Source: Candidatus Latescibacterota bacterium
GTDB lineage: Bacteria > Latescibacterota > CBDEFO01
Direction of reading: 5' to 3'
Length of the DNA: 64,000 bases
Assembly (NCBI GenBank): GCA_965248755.1
Contig: OZ252149.1
Coordinates: 3,584,001-3,648,000 of the forward strand
Part shown: positions 30,919 to 41,061 of the stretch, in pieces
Numbering within the stretch: position 1 is the stretch's first letter
Layout: each line of letters begins with the position of its first letter
The notes under the pieces: generated by a model
Database searches by the model: none
What the model saw: only the letters and a program-made list of their open reading frames with translations
Told to the model about the DNA's origin: nothing
Position numbers and translations under genes: made by a program

Positions 30919-32172
30919 ATGAATAGCAGAATCATATTAAGTATCTTGGTCTTGGGCATTAATATCTGGGGCGCCAGCGCGCAAGCACAAGAGGGGATTG
31001 AAAACGTAAAAGCGATGGAATATTTCTCATCAAGTTATAAAGAGGCTCGGGGAAAGTTCCTTCTTGCTGTCCAGGGGGTGGGTGCCAGCATTGAGAGTTT
31101 CGAAAACCCTAATACCGGGTCGGAAGGTGAACAACTCTTTACCGATGTGGCCGTAATAGGGCCGAAGGATGCCAAGAGCATTCTGGTGTTGAGCTCCGGC
31201 ACACACGGCGTGGAGGGTTTTTGCGGCTCGGGCATTCAGACAGGGCTCCTGCGCGAAGGGATTGCATCACGTCTGAAACCCGATTTGAGCATCGTAATGA
31301 TCCATGCCATAAATCCCTACGGATTTGCCCACATGAGAAGGTTCAATGAAGACAATATCGATTTAAACCGCAACTTTGTAGACCATTCAAAGCCTTATCC
31401 AGAAAATCTTGGATATGAGAAGCTGGCAGACGTTATTGCACCTAAATCCATTTCCTTCTGGTCCGAAGCCGTTTCCTGGTCTCATCTCCTGTGGTACTGG
31501 GTAAAATACGGAAAAGCTGCATTGGCGCAAGCAGTAAGCGGCGGTCAGTATTCACACCCGGAAGGTCTCTTTTACGGCGGGAGGTTCGAGACTTGGTCGA
31601 ACAGAACAATTAGGTCGATTGCTGATCGCTTTCTTTCTAATGCCGATCGTGTAGTTGTAATTGATTTCCATACAGGTCTCGGCTCGTACGGAAACGCCGA
31701 GATCATATTGAATGTTCCGGTAGAATCGTCTGCTTACAAGCGTGCTAAGGCGATGTGGGGAACTGAAAGGGTAAGATCAACAGTGGCAGGTAAGTCAGTT
31801 TCCCCCCATATTGGGGGCCCACTTAAACTTGCCTTTCCCAAAATGCTTCCAAACGCGGAAGTTACAGCGGTGAGCCTGGAATACGGCACATCGCCGCTGA
31901 TGGAAGTTTTTAGAGCACTGCGGGCAGAAAACTGGCTTCACCATCACGGGGATCCGCACGACTCACGCTCCCAAGAGATCAAGGCAGAATTGCGGCGCGT
32001 ATTTTATCCGGACAAGAAAGACTGGAAGGAAATCGTTTGGTCTGTGGCGGGACAAGTCGTGGATCAAGCGCTGGCCGGTATTTGGTCCAGTCAACTGGAT
32101 TCACAGCAGGCGCCGCCTGAACAGACGCTGCATTTGAGCCGGCCTACGTCGGGCATCCTCCGGTGTCAGTAG
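30919..32172 (+). CDS. DUF2817 / M14-like metallopeptidase
   Basis: SGTHGVEG, NPYGF, NEDNIDLNRN, IDFHTGLG, LEYGT. Confidence 0.85.
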   Translation: MNSRIILSILVLGINIWGASAQAQEGIENVKAMEYFSSSYKEARGKFLLAVQGVGASIESFENPNTGSEGEQLFTDVAVIGPKDAKSILVLSSGTHGVEGFCGSGIQTGLLREGIASRLKPDLSIVMIHAINPYGFAHMRRFNEDNIDLNRNFVDHSKPYPENLGYEKLADVIAPKSISFWSEAVSWSHLLWYWVKYGKAALAQAVSGGQYSHPEGLFYGGRFETWSNRTIRSIADRFLSNADRVVVIDFHTGLGSYGNAEIILNVPVESSAYKRAKAMWGTERVRSTVAGKSVSPHIGGPLKLAFPKMLPNAEVTAVSLEYGTSPLMEVFRALRAENWLHHHGDPHDSRSQEIKAELRRVFYPDKKDWKEIVWSVAGQVVDQALAGIWSSQLDSQQAPPEQTLHLSRPTSGILRCQ

Positions 32173-32228
32173 ACAGCGAAGAGAGGAAGTGTCCCTACCA
32201 TATGTCTACTATCTACTTTTAGAAAGCC

Positions 32229-35200
32229 ATGAACAGAAACTATATCCCATTCACATTGTCATTCGTTTTACTGTTTGGATTCATAAAATGCGGTGACGTA
32301 GAAAAAAAGGCAAAACAAGTTCAACGCTTTCCCGAGGAGGCTTACCGCCACAATAACTTCGGCATCGCATATCTTGAGCAGTACAACTACTCCGACGCCG
32401 CCTCCGAATTTGCTAAATCCCTCTCTATCGCCCCCAAATATCCAGATGCGCAGATAAATCTCGGCATAGCAAAGTTTAATATGGGCAAGTACGATCTGGC
32501 GCTCTTAGAACTTGAAAAGGCTCTCCTGCTTTCTCCCGACCATCCGAACATCTACTATGTGATCGGCCTAATATACAAAGCACACGCAGACTATCAAGGT
32601 GCCGCCGGCAACTTCGAAAAGGTTGTCAAACACGATCCATTTGACCCTTTTGCGCACTACAATCTGGGTATTTGCCTTTCAAGGCTTGGAGAGATTGAAA
32701 GGGCTGTGGAGGAGCTTGAAAAGGTAACTTCACTGGATCCCAACAATTCATCGGCTCACTACAACCTGGCCATGGAATTCAGACGCTTAAATAAAACGGA
32801 AGACTTCAAAAGGGAGATGGAGATATTCACAGGTCTCCGAAAGAAGGGGATAGCAACTTCGGTGGGATTGGGATATTTAGAGCAGGGCAGATATGCAGAA
32901 GCCGTGAGTCGGACAGAGACAGTATCTGAAGAGCTAGAGGATTCGTCTGTAGAGATCAGATTCACAGATGTCACATATATAAGTGGGCAGGAAAGTGGGG
33001 TCGAGCTAATCTCGCCCAGGAGAAAGGGGGAAGATGTCCTGGCTACTGGAATTAGAGGCTCATTCGGAGACTACGATAACGACGGGGCTTTGGACATCTT
33101 CATCTTCGGGAGACTCTACAGAAACAAAGCGGACGGGCAATTTGAAGATGTGACAGAAGAGGCCGGATTGAAGGACACCGAGTCCATCTCAACGGGCATC
33201 TTCGGGGACTACGATAACGATGAAGATCAGGATTTACTTGTGGTCAGTAGCGGTGCAGTTATCCTGTACAAGAATGACGGAGACGGGCAATTTGAAGATG
33301 TCACACAAAGCGCCAATTTACGTAGGCTGCAGGGGAGCGATGCCCTGATCCCCGACCCCCGACCTCATCGGGGACATGTCTTTGCTGACTACGACCACGA
33401 CGGCGACCTGGACATCTACGTCGTCAATGCAGACGGGAAAAATGCACTCTACAGGAACAACGCTAACGGGAGATTTACCGATGTGACCGATGAGGCTAAA
33501 GTGCCGGGAGGAAAGTGGAGCACAGACTGCGTCTTCTTGGATTACGACAACGACAGAGATGTGGACTTTTGTGTGGCCTCCTACGATGGATCCGTAAACC
33601 TCTACAGCAACGACAGAGGGGGGACCTTCACGGACGTTGCCAAAGAGTCAGAACTTTCCGAAGTAAGGAAAATACTCGACATATCGGCAGGGGACTATGA
33701 CAAGGACGGATACATAGACCTCCTTTTCACTTTAGAAAAGGGTGCAAGTCTCTATAGGCGCAGTCAAGAGAGCAAAAGGCTCTTCGTCCTCGACCCGGTC
33801 TCACACACGCTTTCTGCAGACGCGGAACCTGGATCGGCTTATAAGCTTCTGGATGTGGACAACGATGGCGATCTGGACATAGTGTCCCTCTCGTCCCAGG
33901 GTGTGCGGCTCTTTAAGAACCAATGGGGATCCAGGAAGACATCCCGCGATTGTGGCTTTGCCGACCCTGTCCCCATCTCTGATAATATAGCGCCCGCTGT
34001 CAGCTATCAGATATCATCGGCGGATTTTGACAACGACGGGGATATAGACCTATTAGTCTCCTATGCAGATACTACAAAGGCGGGTGCACTCCTCCTTCGC
34101 AACGACGGCGGGGAGAAAAACGGCTATCTCAAAGTTCATTTGAAAGGCCTGAACAGCAACAAAGACGGCATAGGCGCAAAGGTGGAGATAAAAGCGGGGG
34201 GGCTGTCGCAAAAGCTCGAACTCAGAGGGGATCGGAACGGTCGTACAGTCCACTTCGGCATCGGGAGTAGAAAGAAAATAGACTTTGTAAGGATCCTCTG
34301 GCCGGGTGGAGTCAGACAGACCGAACTGGATCCGTCACCCGATTCCCTCCTCTTGTTAGAGGAATTGGACAGGAAGGGCACATCGTGTCCTATCGTCTAC
34401 GTCTGGAACGGAGCTGAGTATCAGTACATAACGGACATCCTTGGAGGAGGCATAATATCCTACCTCATCTCCCCGGGGGAGTACTACTACCCCGACACGG
34501 ACGAGTATATCAAGATCCCGGGGGAAATATTCAAACCCAAGCAAGCAGACAATGGACAGGAGAGATTGCTTCGGGGTTTTGCCCCTCGCAATGACCAAAA
34601 GGAAAAGACAACCGAACTGTCATCGCGAACCCTATCGACTGTCATTGCGAGCCAGGCGAAGCAATCTCGTGGACGGGGGACAGGCGACGGGGGACGGAAT
34701 GTAGAAAGAGGAGAATATTCCATCCAGTTTGCCAATCATTTGGAGGAGGTCATCTATCTGGACAAAGTGGAACTTCTGGCAGTTGACCATCCGCAAGGGA
34801 CTGAGGTCTATCCCAACGAGAGGCTTCTCTCGTCGCCGCCCTATCCCAGATTCAAAGTCCACGCCCTTTCCGATCCCCGCGTGCCCTTCAAGGCTTACGA
34901 TCAAGATGGAAACGACATCCTCCCTTACATCAGGCACAGAGACAGGAAATACCCCTCGAACTTTGAGCTCTTATCTCCCCAGTTTCACGGATACGCAAAA
35001 GAGCACAGTATTATCCTCGAACTGCTGCCGCCAAAAGACGAGATTGGTTCTGCTTCGCAACTCCTGACGGGGTCGGGGTTTTCACCCCTCGCAACGACTG
35101 AGGCCCGCGATGTCATTGCGAGCGAAACGAAACAATCTCGTAGACAGCAAACAGTAGGCAATCGCGCTACTGGCAAGGTCATTCTGGTCCTGTACGGTTA

Positions 35201-35972
35201 CGCGGAGTATTCCCATTCGACATCCAATCTGGCTGCGGCACAGGCTGGAATAGCTCTTCTGCCTCCTCGGCTGGAGATAATGGGAGCAGACGGAAGGTGG
35301 AAGACTATATCTGAGGATATGGGCTATCCCGCAGGAGAGCCGAAGGAGATGGTGGTAGAGATCATAGAGGATCCCCGATTGAATCTATCGGGGATAGATC
35401 GGGGGTCGGGGACCGACTATAAGATAAGGATCACCACCTCAATGCCCATCTACTGGGATCAGATCCTATTCGATATAATAGACGATCCGATACCCACAAA
35501 GGTGACGAGGCTTTCTCCCGTAGTGTCTGATCTCCACTGGAAGGGCTACGCCAGCTACTACTCCCCCGACGGACGAATGCCCAAGGTCTATGACTATTCA
35601 AAGATTAAGGGTTCTGCCCCCTGGATGGATCACACGGGCCGATACACCAGGTATGGGGATTGCCTTCCCCTTTTGACGGCGATTGATGACCAGTATGTCA
35701 TATTGTTCCACGGCGACGAGATCACGCTTAACTTCGACGCCTCCGATCTTCCACCCTTAGAAGATGGCACCGTGCGGGACTTCTTCTTCTTCGCGGACGG
35801 GTTCGGGAAGGATATGGACAATAACTCCCCCTATTCCCTCACAGTAGAGCCGCTGCCGTTTCACAGTATGAGCAGTTATCCATATCCTGAGGCTGAAAGC
35901 TACCCTTACGACGAACAGCACCTTTCCTATATCTATCAATACAATACGAGAGTAGTAAGCAGCAGAAAGTAG
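32229..35972 (+). CDS. TPR + FG-GAP + ASPIC/UnbV (CRTAC1-like) protein with repeat-derived insertions
   Basis: TPRs, DYDNDGDLD repeats, NKDGIGAKVEI, HFGIG, ILWPGG, TSCP, KDMD. Confidence 0.85.
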   Translation: MNRNYIPFTLSFVLLFGFIKCGDVEKKAKQVQRFPEEAYRHNNFGIAYLEQYNYSDAASEFAKSLSIAPKYPDAQINLGIAKFNMGKYDLALLELEKALLLSPDHPNIYYVIGLIYKAHADYQGAAGNFEKVVKHDPFDPFAHYNLGICLSRLGEIERAVEELEKVTSLDPNNSSAHYNLAMEFRRLNKTEDFKREMEIFTGLRKKGIATSVGLGYLEQGRYAEAVSRTETVSEELEDSSVEIRFTDVTYISGQESGVELISPRRKGEDVLATGIRGSFGDYDNDGALDIFIFGRLYRNKADGQFEDVTEEAGLKDTESISTGIFGDYDNDEDQDLLVVSSGAVILYKNDGDGQFEDVTQSANLRRLQGSDALIPDPRPHRGHVFADYDHDGDLDIYVVNADGKNALYRNNANGRFTDVTDEAKVPGGKWSTDCVFLDYDNDRDVDFCVASYDGSVNLYSNDRGGTFTDVAKESELSEVRKILDISAGDYDKDGYIDLLFTLEKGASLYRRSQESKRLFVLDPVSHTLSADAEPGSAYKLLDVDNDGDLDIVSLSSQGVRLFKNQWGSRKTSRDCGFADPVPISDNIAPAVSYQISSADFDNDGDIDLLVSYADTTKAGALLLRNDGGEKNGYLKVHLKGLNSNKDGIGAKVEIKAGGLSQKLELRGDRNGRTVHFGIGSRKKIDFVRILWPGGVRQTELDPSPDSLLLLEELDRKGTSCPIVYVWNGAEYQYITDILGGGIISYLISPGEYYYPDTDEYIKIPGEIFKPKQADNGQERLLRGFAPRNDQKEKTTELSSRTLSTVIASQAKQSRGRGTGDGGRNVERGEYSIQFANHLEEVIYLDKVELLAVDHPQGTEVYPNERLLSSPPYPRFKVHALSDPRVPFKAYDQDGNDILPYIRHRDRKYPSNFELLSPQFHGYAKEHSIILELLPPKDEIGSASQLLTGSGFSPLATTEARDVIASETKQSRRQQTVGNRATGKVILVLYGYAEYSHSTSNLAAAQAGIALLPPRLEIMGADGRWKTISEDMGYPAGEPKEMVVEIIEDPRLNLSGIDRGSGTDYKIRITTSMPIYWDQILFDIIDDPIPTKVTRLSPVVSDLHWKGYASYYSPDGRMPKVYDYSKIKGSAPWMDHTGRYTRYGDCLPLLTAIDDQYVILFHGDEITLNFDASDLPPLEDGTVRDFFFFADGFGKDMDNNSPYSLTVEPLPFHSMSSYPYPEAESYPYDEQHLSYIYQYNTRVVSSRK

Positions 35973-36117
35973 GTGGGGAAGCGAGGCGGTATCCCTGGTG
36001 ACGAGATCACTTGGCTATCCTCGAAATGTTCAGTCGGGGATAGCAATGACTGAGGCAAAACCAACCAACGTCGTAGCAAGGGCTGAAACCCCGAGGCAAT
36101 CTCACCTGTGTATCTAT

Positions 36118-36300
36118 TCAGGCTTCCCACGGATCGTATTCTGCCTTTTTCAAAAAGCCCAAGACATTCTCTCTGGCAATAAGATACCTTTTCTCCGGTT
36201 TGTAGGCAGAGAACCTGCCAGACGCTATCAGATGCCGCACGTGCCTCTCTGAACACTTCAAAGCGCGTGCGGCTTCCTGGACCGTAAGGAGTTCTTTCAT
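36118..36300 (-). CDS. Excisionase-family HTH protein
   Basis: LLTVQEAARALKCSERHVRHLIASG. Confidence 0.8.
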   Translation of the reverse strand: MKELLTVQEAARALKCSERHVRHLIASGRFSAYKPEKRYLIARENVLGFLKKAEYDPWEA

Positions 36301-36305
36301 CCGAA

Positions 36306-36788
36306 CTACGTACCGCCCTTTTCCGGGATTAGACTTTCTTCATCCCATCTCACACAGATGAATAGGGCCGCAAGACCGTCCTGCTGTTCCCATCTGTACG
36401 GAATATCGGCTTTCTCAAGCTGATGGGCCGCAAATGCTAATTCCTCCTTTGGATACCAGTCTGTCAATTGATACAGGATACGTGGAGCTCCTTTCTCCTC
36501 CGCGTCCGCGGTGAATCTCCCACTTTCAAGCAGTTTTCTTATCCCATCCAGGCCGCCCTTTCTCCTGTAAGCCGAGCCTTTACTCTGCAGTTCCTTGATA
36601 ATCTGTACAGTCTCTATGATCTCCTCTGGATAGTAAAAGCGTCTCCCCTTCTTCTCATATTTGACGGTCCCTTTAGGGATCAAGCCGGCCCTGACGTAGT
36701 TTCCCAGAGTCTGATAGTTGATCTTCGCCCTTTTGCATATTTCATCACCGCGCAGTAAGCGGTGTGGGTGCTCTGTTGCCTCATCCAT
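36306..36788 (-). CDS. MerR-like HTH protein
   Basis: EICKRAKINYQTLGNYVRAGLIP...RRFYY. Confidence 0.7.
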   Translation of the reverse strand: MDEATEHPHRLLRGDEICKRAKINYQTLGNYVRAGLIPKGTVKYEKKGRRFYYPEEIIETVQIIKELQSKGSAYRRKGGLDGIRKLLESGRFTADAEEKGAPRILYQLTDWYPKEELAFAAHQLEKADIPYRWEQQDGLAALFICVRWDEESLIPEKGGT

Positions 36789-37026
36789 TTAGTCTACCAC
36801 CTCCTTGCCTCTTGTTGAGGCCACAGCCTGTCCAATTTCAAAGCGCATCTCGTCTGATACCTGATAATCATCATCCGAAGGAGGTACAGACTCCGGTATG
36901 ACCTCCTGCAGAAATATCATCCCCTGGGTCTCAAGCCAGATGACGCAGTACTCCTGCTGGTCGTCATCAGAAACACATCCCATATATTGTGTCCCGCATA
37001 CCTCGAAATCACTCTTTAAGTGCATT
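36789..37026 (-). CDS. Small acidic hypothetical protein
   Basis: GAGGAG RBS before ATG37026; abuts the next gene. Confidence 0.5.
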
Positions 37027-37319
37027 TGACTCTCCTCTCTTTGAACAGTAGATAGCACGGAGCCAGATTGCTTTGCTTTGTTCGCAGTAACAGTTTTTCA
37101 CTTTGCTCCTTCCTCATTATGACGGATAATTCCCCGAAGCAATCCCCGACCCCCGAATGAATCTATCGGGGGTTCAATCGGGGACAAGCAACAGGAGACA
37201 GTGCCCCCGTCTACTCGGCGAACACGGTGGGTGTGCTCAAAGGGCGAGCGGACTTTGCCCCTACACAGAACGTTGCATCTGTGGGGGCAGACGCGCTGTC
37301 TGTCCGGGCCTTTCCGCGT

Positions 37320-38489
37320 CTACTGACCACCGTCTACCTGTAGTTTGACATCTCTTTCGAAGACTTTCCGCAGCAATTTGTCGTAATTTTCTTCGATGAA
37401 CTCAGCCATAAACAAGTTGGGGACATTCAGTGCGACCTCATCCTCAGATATCTTATCTATGTAAAGCCCTGAAAACCACGTTAGGTATGACTGATGCTTG
37501 ATTTCCTTTCTGATCAATTCCTTATAGTGGTCCCATTCGTTTTTGTGAGGGGATCGGTCAATTTGTCTTTCCCTTTCTAACTGTTCTTCCTTTAGCTTGG
37601 CTTCACGAGTTCTTTCACGTTCCTCCTCTTGAACTTTTAGTTCCTGTCTTTTGCGCTCCTGTTGATTCTTTCTTTCTCTTTCTTCTAACGCCATGCCGAT
37701 CGTGTGTTCCACCAGTCCGAAGTGTCTTGGAGAGCAGTTGTCACGCGCCCATTTTGCGGCGTATTCTACATCTCGGAGGCTGTATCCCATCTTCTGAAGC
37801 TTATTTACGGTTCCTATGCCAAGAGTCATAAAGGATTTGGATACATCATCCGGGCTGTTTTTACGGTAGAAGTGGGTGATTATTTCTCTTTTGCTTTTTT
37901 CAGGTTCATCAACAGCCTTCTTGAGACAGAGGTGGGTTCGTGCGTTGCCTCTTGAAGAATCATCAACATCATCTTTGACGTAACCGATGCATCCACAGGC
38001 TGAGTCTAAGTCATCCTCTGGGTGCCCGTGCATGATGTTGTCTGTTTCTAAGTCGTCTATTCCTAAGTCGTCTGTTATATTGTAAGGAGGGGACAGTTCT
38101 GTCACTTCTTGAGGGGACAAAGTTGTCACTTCTGGAGGGGTCACTTCTGACCTGTCTTGACCTTTTACAACAGAAATTACCGCGTTTCGACCCAGGCCTT
38201 GTTGCTTTACAGATACGAGTCCAACGTCTTTGAGCTCCTTAAGTCCTCTCTTTATAGTTCTCTCAGACCTTCTGAGGACTTCAGCTATCTTTTTGTGTCC
38301 AGCAAAACAGCTATCACCCCAGTCCCACTTTAAAATAGCAGCATACACAAGCTTTGCATTGTTGGACAGACCATCCACAGATAGGACTAAATCTATCGGC
38401 ATCTTGGAGAACTGTTCACCTCTACCATTCTTGCTGCCCCCATTTGCACGGTCACCTGCCATTATGGAAGATGTGGAGTTGAAGGTCAT
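37320..38489 (-). CDS. Phage/plasmid-type replication initiator: N-terminal wHTH + C-terminal DnaA domain-I-like module
   Basis: LSNNAKLVY...SERTIKRGLKELKDVGLV; C-terminus QSYLTWF...VPNLFMAEFIEENY; internal iterons. Confidence 0.75.
   Translation of the reverse strand: MTFNSTSSIMAGDRANGGSKNGRGEQFSKMPIDLVLSVDGLSNNAKLVYAAILKWDWGDSCFAGHKKIAEVLRRSERTIKRGLKELKDVGLVSVKQQGLGRNAVISVVKGQDRSEVTPPEVTTLSPQEVTELSPPYNITDDLGIDDLETDNIMHGHPEDDLDSACGCIGYVKDDVDDSSRGNARTHLCLKKAVDEPEKSKREIITHFYRKNSPDDVSKSFMTLGIGTVNKLQKMGYSLRDVEYAAKWARDNCSPRHFGLVEHTIGMALEERERKNQQERKRQELKVQEEERERTREAKLKEEQLERERQIDRSPHKNEWDHYKELIRKEIKHQSYLTWFSGLYIDKISEDEVALNVPNLFMAEFIEENYDKLLRKVFERDVKLQVDGGQ
38087..38158. repeat. Three 24-bp tandem iteron-like repeats inside the rep gene
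   Basis: GAGGGGACAGTTCTGTCACTTCTT / GAGGGGACAAAGTTGTCACTTCTG / GAGGGGTCACTTCTGACCTGTCTT. Confidence 0.8.
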
Positions 38490-38571
38490 CTTTTACTCCT
38501 TTTTTTATGTAGGGCAGGCGCTGATCTGCGCTAAACCTGGTACTGCGCATACGTACAGGTCTTCATGCTAT

Positions 38572-38742
38572 AATGTAATGAATATTTGTTCTTCTGTCAA
38601 GTGCTAAAGGTGTAAGCGAGTGACTGTCGGTTCACGCAAGGGCAGTTCCACTGCCTCGTCAGGTCAGATCTCGGTGAGGCTTTCAGCCTCTACGTCCGAC
38701 CCGAAAAAAAGCCTTGACACTCTGCAAATTAGTTGGTAAACT
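38572..38742. promoter_or_regulatory. Divergent sigma70-type promoters for rep and ssb
   Basis: Minus TTGACA(38600)-17-TACATT; plus TTGACA(38714)-17-TAAACT. Confidence 0.6.
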
Positions 38743-38859
38743 TAAGCGGTTACAAGGATAAGAATTAAGCATCGAAAAACAGGTGGCAGCGGCAAACAGG
38801 GAGGGAGAGGAAAGAGCGTCTGCTGACTGCTGTCCACTATTCTTAAGGAGTGTAGAAAG

Positions 38860-39384
38860 ATGGCACGCGGAACGGTAAACAAGGCTATACTTATAGGGCG
38901 CTTAGGCGCAGATCCAGAGTTGAGACATACCACCGGAGGGACACCGGTGGCAAATTTTAATATAGCCACAGATGAAGGTTGGACCGACGGCAGTGGTGAA
39001 AAGCAGGAAAGGACCGAGTGGCACAGCATTGTGGCGTGGAGCAGATCAGCAGAAATGTGCAGTGAGTATCTTTCTAAAGGCAGCAGGGTCTATATCGAGG
39101 GCAGGATCCAGACAAGATCGTGGGAAGGTCAGGACGGTGTCAAGAAGTATAAGACGGAAATTGTAGCTCGACACGTCGAGATGCTAGATACGCGGCAGGA
39201 GGCGGAGCGCTACAGAGAACAGGATTATAGGGAGGCACAAGCTCCATCCTCCCAGGAGGAAGGGACTCCTGAATCACAGCAAGACAAGCAAGGTTCTGAT
39301 AGACGGGAAGAGCGTGAGACCACTCCAGGCGAGACAACCGAACCGTCTGTTTCGGAAGAAGAGGACGATGACCTTCCGTTTTGA
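38860..39384 (+). CDS. ssb: Single-stranded DNA-binding protein
   Basis: [20 protein letters not shown]-terminal DDDLPF. Confidence 0.97.
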   Translation: MARGTVNKAILIGRLGADPELRHTTGGTPVANFNIATDEGWTDGSGEKQERTEWHSIVAWSRSAEMCSEYLSKGSRVYIEGRIQTRSWEGQDGVKKYKTEIVARHVEMLDTRQEAERYREQDYREAQAPSSQEEGTPESQQDKQGSDRREERETTPGETTEPSVSEEEDDDLPF

Positions 39385-39531
39385 GTGAGTGAGCAGGTCC
39401 CCGAAAGTCCCCGATAGGTTCAATCGGGGATAGATTTGACTGAAGGCAGGGAAAGGCAAGGGCAGACCAGTGTGTCTGCCCTGAAAATAACTTAGAGGCG
39501 AGGTAAACTCGCCCTTAAAGACAGGGGACAG

Positions 39532-39632
39532 ACCATCCAAGAGTGGCTGTGCCACAAGGACATCAGCACCACCATGATTTACACCCATGTCCTGAGTAAA
39601 AGCGGCCACGGAGTCCAGAGCCCCGTCGATGG
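39532..39632 (+). pseudogene. C-terminal remnant of an integron integrase (IntI)
   Basis: Translates [33 protein letters not shown], matching the IntI tail consensus ([26 protein letters not shown]). Confidence 0.8.
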
Positions 39633-39645
39633 AGGGAAAACAAAA

Positions 39646-40020
39646 ATGAGAAGGTTCATTACAGCAAGTGCTCTTTTGTGGACGATGCTTCTTTTCGTCG
39701 GATGCGGTTCTGTACAGTCGATCAGATTGCCGGAGACTGACGATATGTTAGTAACGTCTGAGGATATTGACCTGCCCTATGAACCTATTGGGATGATCAA
39801 CGCTTACAGGATAGGGTTCTATCTTTTCGGGGTTGTGGACATAAACTCGCCGGATTCTGATGAACTTCTTATGGATCTTTTGAAAAAGCAGCTTATCGCC
39901 GAGGCGCGCAAGCTCGGAGCAGATGGCATAATCACGGTCAGATATTCCCTGGATCATCCGAGCTTCTTCAATTGGGACACAGAGTCGAGGGCCACTGGAA
40001 CGGCTATAAAGTTCAAATAG
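39646..40020 (+). CDS. YbjQ-like/heavy-metal-binding-domain lipoprotein
   Basis: Lipobox [29 protein letters not shown]. Confidence 0.7.
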   Translation: MRRFITASALLWTMLLFVGCGSVQSIRLPETDDMLVTSEDIDLPYEPIGMINAYRIGFYLFGVVDINSPDSDELLMDLLKKQLIAEARKLGADGIITVRYSLDHPSFFNWDTESRATGTAIKFK

Positions 40021-40082
40021 TTTTCAGGAGTGGAAGAGGTAAAACGCCAGGTCCAGGCTACAGCTACGGGCTAAAAATCGGC

Positions 40083-40252
40083 TTATACAGACTGCATAAA
40101 CCCAAGCGCGCTGAGATTGCGCCAGACGATGGATTATGGAAATTCAAGGCATTAAACTCCTTAACGGCCAGAAGCTCATCAGGTTTAGACAGCAGAAAAA
40201 GTCAACTTTGGCAGGTTAAGCCTGCTGTGGCAGCGTAATGCAGACTGTATAA
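40083..40252. mobile_element. MITE with 17-bp terminal inverted repeats
   Basis: TTATACAGACTGCATAA ... TAATGCAGACTGTATAA (15/17 complementary). Confidence 0.65.
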
Positions 40253-40320
40253 TCATAGTTAGATCGTGAGGGGGTCCGTTCAAGGGTAACAGGTGGCAGC
40301 GGCAAACAGGGAGGACAGCA

Positions 40321-40749
40321 ATGAAAACAGTCAAGGATTTATTAAACGACAAGGGTTATGCTGTCTGGTCCATCGGGCCTGGTGAATCGATTTATGACGC
40401 AATAGACCTGATGGCTAACAAAGAAGTCGGCGCCCTATTGGTTGTGGAGGGTACGAAGCTGGTTGGCATAGTTTCAGAGAGAGACTATGCGCGGAAGGTC
40501 ATTCTCAAGGGACTTTCCAGTAAAGACACAGAGATCAGGGACATCATGACAACGCGCGTGGTGTATGCTCAGCTGGAGCAAACTATTGAGGAGTGTATGG
40601 CCTTAATGACCGAAAAGCGTATTCGACACCTGCCGATCCTGGATGGAGGAAAGTTAGTCGGAGTCATTTCCATAGGTGACCTTGTGAAATCCGTTATTGC
40701 TAAACAGCGATTCACAATTGCACAACTGGAACATTACATCACTGGATAG
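40321..40749 (+). CDS. CBS-domain protein
   Basis: GIVSERDYARK, RIRHLPI, GVISIGDLVK. Confidence 0.92.
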   Translation: MKTVKDLLNDKGYAVWSIGPGESIYDAIDLMANKEVGALLVVEGTKLVGIVSERDYARKVILKGLSSKDTEIRDIMTTRVVYAQLEQTIEECMALMTEKRIRHLPILDGGKLVGVISIGDLVKSVIAKQRFTIAQLEHYITG

Positions 40750-40862
40750 CCGAGCGCTCTGACACTTCCGCCGAGAGGCCCCCTGCTCACGCACATCTTG
40801 GACATAGAACCCAAGGCGCTATAGTGGAGAGACAGATTGACGCTGTGGTTCCGTTGAGACGA

Positions 40863-41052
40863 TTACAAGAAGGACATTGGAAAAGCCAACACGCTTGGAA
40901 ATTTCAGGGTTTCGACTCCAAACGACGAGACGCTCAGGAGGTGCATAAGGAAGAAGACGGCCTACTTTAGCAAGGTTTATGCCTGCCACGGTAGGTTGAC
41001 GCCTGCTGTGCACGTTAATGCCTGCTGTGGCAGGTTAATGCAGACTCTGTAA
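40863..41052. mobile_element. Degenerate second copy of the MITE
   Basis: Shares GGAAATT..GG....ACTCC, ACTTT.GCA.GTT.A and GCCTGCTGTGGCAG..TAATGCAGACT with 40083-40252. Confidence 0.55.
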
Positions 41053-41061
41053 TCATAAGTT

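Noticed and set aside
32110..32170. attC remnant at the end of the DUF2817 gene
   Set aside because: Only a loose left half (gcctgaacagacgctgca); no complementary right half.
39574..39645. N-terminal extension of the lipoprotein ORF
   Set aside because: It is the intI remnant; the real start is ATG39646 with an RBS and signal peptide.
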